Origin: Octopus bimaculoides
Taxonomy: Eukaryota
DNA: 64,000 nt
Direction: 5' to 3'
Assembly: GCF_001194135.2 (NCBI RefSeq)
Contig: NC_069006.1
Coordinates: 24,882,134 to 24,946,133, forward strand
Each line of letters starts with the position of its first letter. The first letter of the stretch is position 1. Under the pieces are notes generated by a model that saw only the letters and a list, made by a program, of their open reading frames with translations, ran no database searches and had not been told where the DNA came from. Both the position numbers and the translations under genes were made by a program. Positions 61,680 through 64,000 of this stretch are shown in pieces.

Positions 61680-64000
61680 TTTTATGTTCTATTGAAATGT
61701 CTTTATCTAATGCCAAGAGAATATTCATATTTCTAAATATGGTAATCCTGCCCAACTGTTGTCCAAGCTCACCTGGTTTAAATGAATAGTAAGTAGACCA
61801 GCTGTTCTGGAATCCCTGGGTCTTAGCAGTCAACAAGGGGATTGGGGTTAGAGGGTTTTTATGAATGAAGTAATGAGGTTAGTGGAGGTTGTGGTGAGAT
61901 GGTGGGAAGTGTAGAAAAGAGAAAGAAGGACAGAGAGATGACAAGAGAAACTTTAAGAAACTCCACTGCCCCGAGTTGTAGCCAGTTTTACTGTTAAAGA
62001 CATTTCAGAATCATATTTTTATGGCCAGGTGTGTAAGAGGGTCTGCAGCATATGCCTGGCATTTATTTATTCCATCAATGTCGTAAACATATAACTGGCA
62101 CTCTGTCAGCTATGGTGACAAGTGTTCCAGTCGATCTGATCAATGGAACAGTCAGCTAAAGAGATTAACATGTTTCGACTCCACAGCCCTGGTTTATACA
62201 CAGCCAGAGCCCAAATTAAACACAGGTCCCCACCCCCTACAGCACCACCCGTGACAAACCAATCACTATAATGAACAGTTGTTGATACAGAGGAGACCTC
62301 AAAGGTCATAGAACAGTCTCAGAGGTTGCAAAGAATTCTCAGTACAGACTAATGGCTAGTTAGAACAGTGCAACTCATGCACTGGTGCCAGGAAAAAGGT
62401 CCAGTGAGCTATTATTATCTCTACCGACAACACAGAGATTCTCCTGTTGAGGAAGAGCATGTGATGACGTGCATATATAAGTGTGATGCTGTTATGCTGT
62501 TCCTGGTGGATGACACCACTACATCATACAAGTGACAATCCTCCAACCTATGGGTTCGTTCAGGTAGTCGTAGCTGGTGAGGGTTTTACGAGGTTGGAGT
62601 GCAAATCCCACCTCAAGAGCATGTGACGATACATGCATATCAGTGCAATATTGCAAGGCAGTCATGCCCTCCTTTTGCTCTTAATCAAATTTCTCTCCAC
62701 ATTTCAACTAGGATGTTTTCTCTCATCTCTACCACTTAAGTGCAGCCTGTACCATCTCGTGGTGTTTCGAAGCACACCCCACACCCTCCTCTTTCTCCGT
62801 TTCCTATGTACACTCATTTCAGTATCCAATTGCCACTTCTGTAAGCTTGCTATTTAAACACCACTTTCCCATGACTACAGCAATAAACTCCACTTCTGAT
62901 GAGCTGACTGAAACAGGGTCACTGAAACGCCTAGAAATAGGAGTCAAATCTTGTTTTAATCACACTCTGCAGTCTTTAAAAAAAATAAAAAGAGGAAGGA
63001 CCAACTGGATCCTGTAGCTGCACAAACACTTGGAACATTTCAGACCATGGTTTACGAGTAATAGAATCAAATTTTGAAGACAATAACATGTGTTTTTGGC
63101 AAGGTTATGGAAAAGGGACAGTGCCCATGCTTTCATAGACCTTGCAACTAGGAATCAAAACAAAAAACTTCGACTCCAACTCCTCTACTATTGGCACCTC
63201 TGACTCAGACTCCTCTATGTAATAAAGTGATTGTCGTCTATTTTACCGATTCCGACTCTGACTCCATTTCTGTTGAAATAAACCAATTCTGTCTCAATTT
63301 TGAAAATAATGATAAATTTATAAAATAAATTTTGCCATTTTTAAACTGGTCTTTGGTACATAAATTGACCCTTTAACAGTGAAAGTAAATCACATGGTTA
63401 TTCCAATAACCAGGTTAAGTATCTACCAAAAGACGGAATTGTTGTTTTCCGCAATAAACTTGACACATCTCATCAGAAAATAGTTTCAAACATGACATTC
63501 CTCAATGAAAGATGGTTTGATAGTTATTCTTTGTAAGCCTAGTACTTATTCTATCTGTCTCTTTTGCCGAACCACTAAGTGACGGGAACGTAAACACATC
63601 AGCATCAATTGCCAAGCAATGGTGGGAGGACAAACACAAACAACGAACACATACATACAGTTTCTGTCTACCAAATCCACTCCAGGAGATATTGAGGATG
63701 GCCCATGACATGCAGATGTAAGTGCAATCAAGCCTTGCCCCACAAATGTCTGGTGTCTCACACAATGTAAAATGTATGTGAAAGTGTATGGTCTAGTGGG
63801 GGAAAGGGTTGCACTTATGATTGCTAGACTGTGGTTTCAATTCCCAGACAGAGCGGTGTATTGTGTTCTTGAGCAAAACACTTCATTTCATGTTGGTCCA
63901 GTCCACTTAGCTGCAAATGGGTCACCCTGTGACACACTAGTCTTCTGATCAAGAAAATGCCGGCCTGCTGTGAGAAGCCAGATCTGGTCAGCCTGAACAT

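Overview
AT-rich, microsatellite- and SINE-dense animal genomic DNA with 11 N-gaps. From the repeat content I infer an octopus or other cephalopod, but this is not proven. Two convergent spliced genes could be rebuilt exon by exon with GT-AG boundaries and matching phases. (1) + strand 529-5696: the last 8 exons of a RUS1/C16orf58 (RUSF1)-family gene. (2) - strand 42324-16745: Kinase Suppressor of Ras (KSR), covering CC-SAM, the Pro-rich region, C1, the Ser/Thr-rich CA4 region and the complete kinase domain. KSR exon 1 was not found, so its first intron probably runs past 64000. The introns are filled with tRNA-derived SINEs, TTAA/TA/hAT-type MITEs, a mariner relic, a Helitron-like insertion and minisatellites. 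The most striking unexplained structure is the 361-nt KSR intron between the Gly-loop and VAIK exons. It holds a 62-bp hairpin whose loop carries a perfect 18-nt complement of the upstream exon end and 5' splice site, which looks like an ADAR editing or splice-control structure. Other leads are a ~225-codon Cys/His-rich stretch in KSR, a CpG-rich intronic island with candidate alternative first exons, and further long intronic hairpins. No prokaryotic features, CRISPR arrays, rRNA or tRNA genes are supported.
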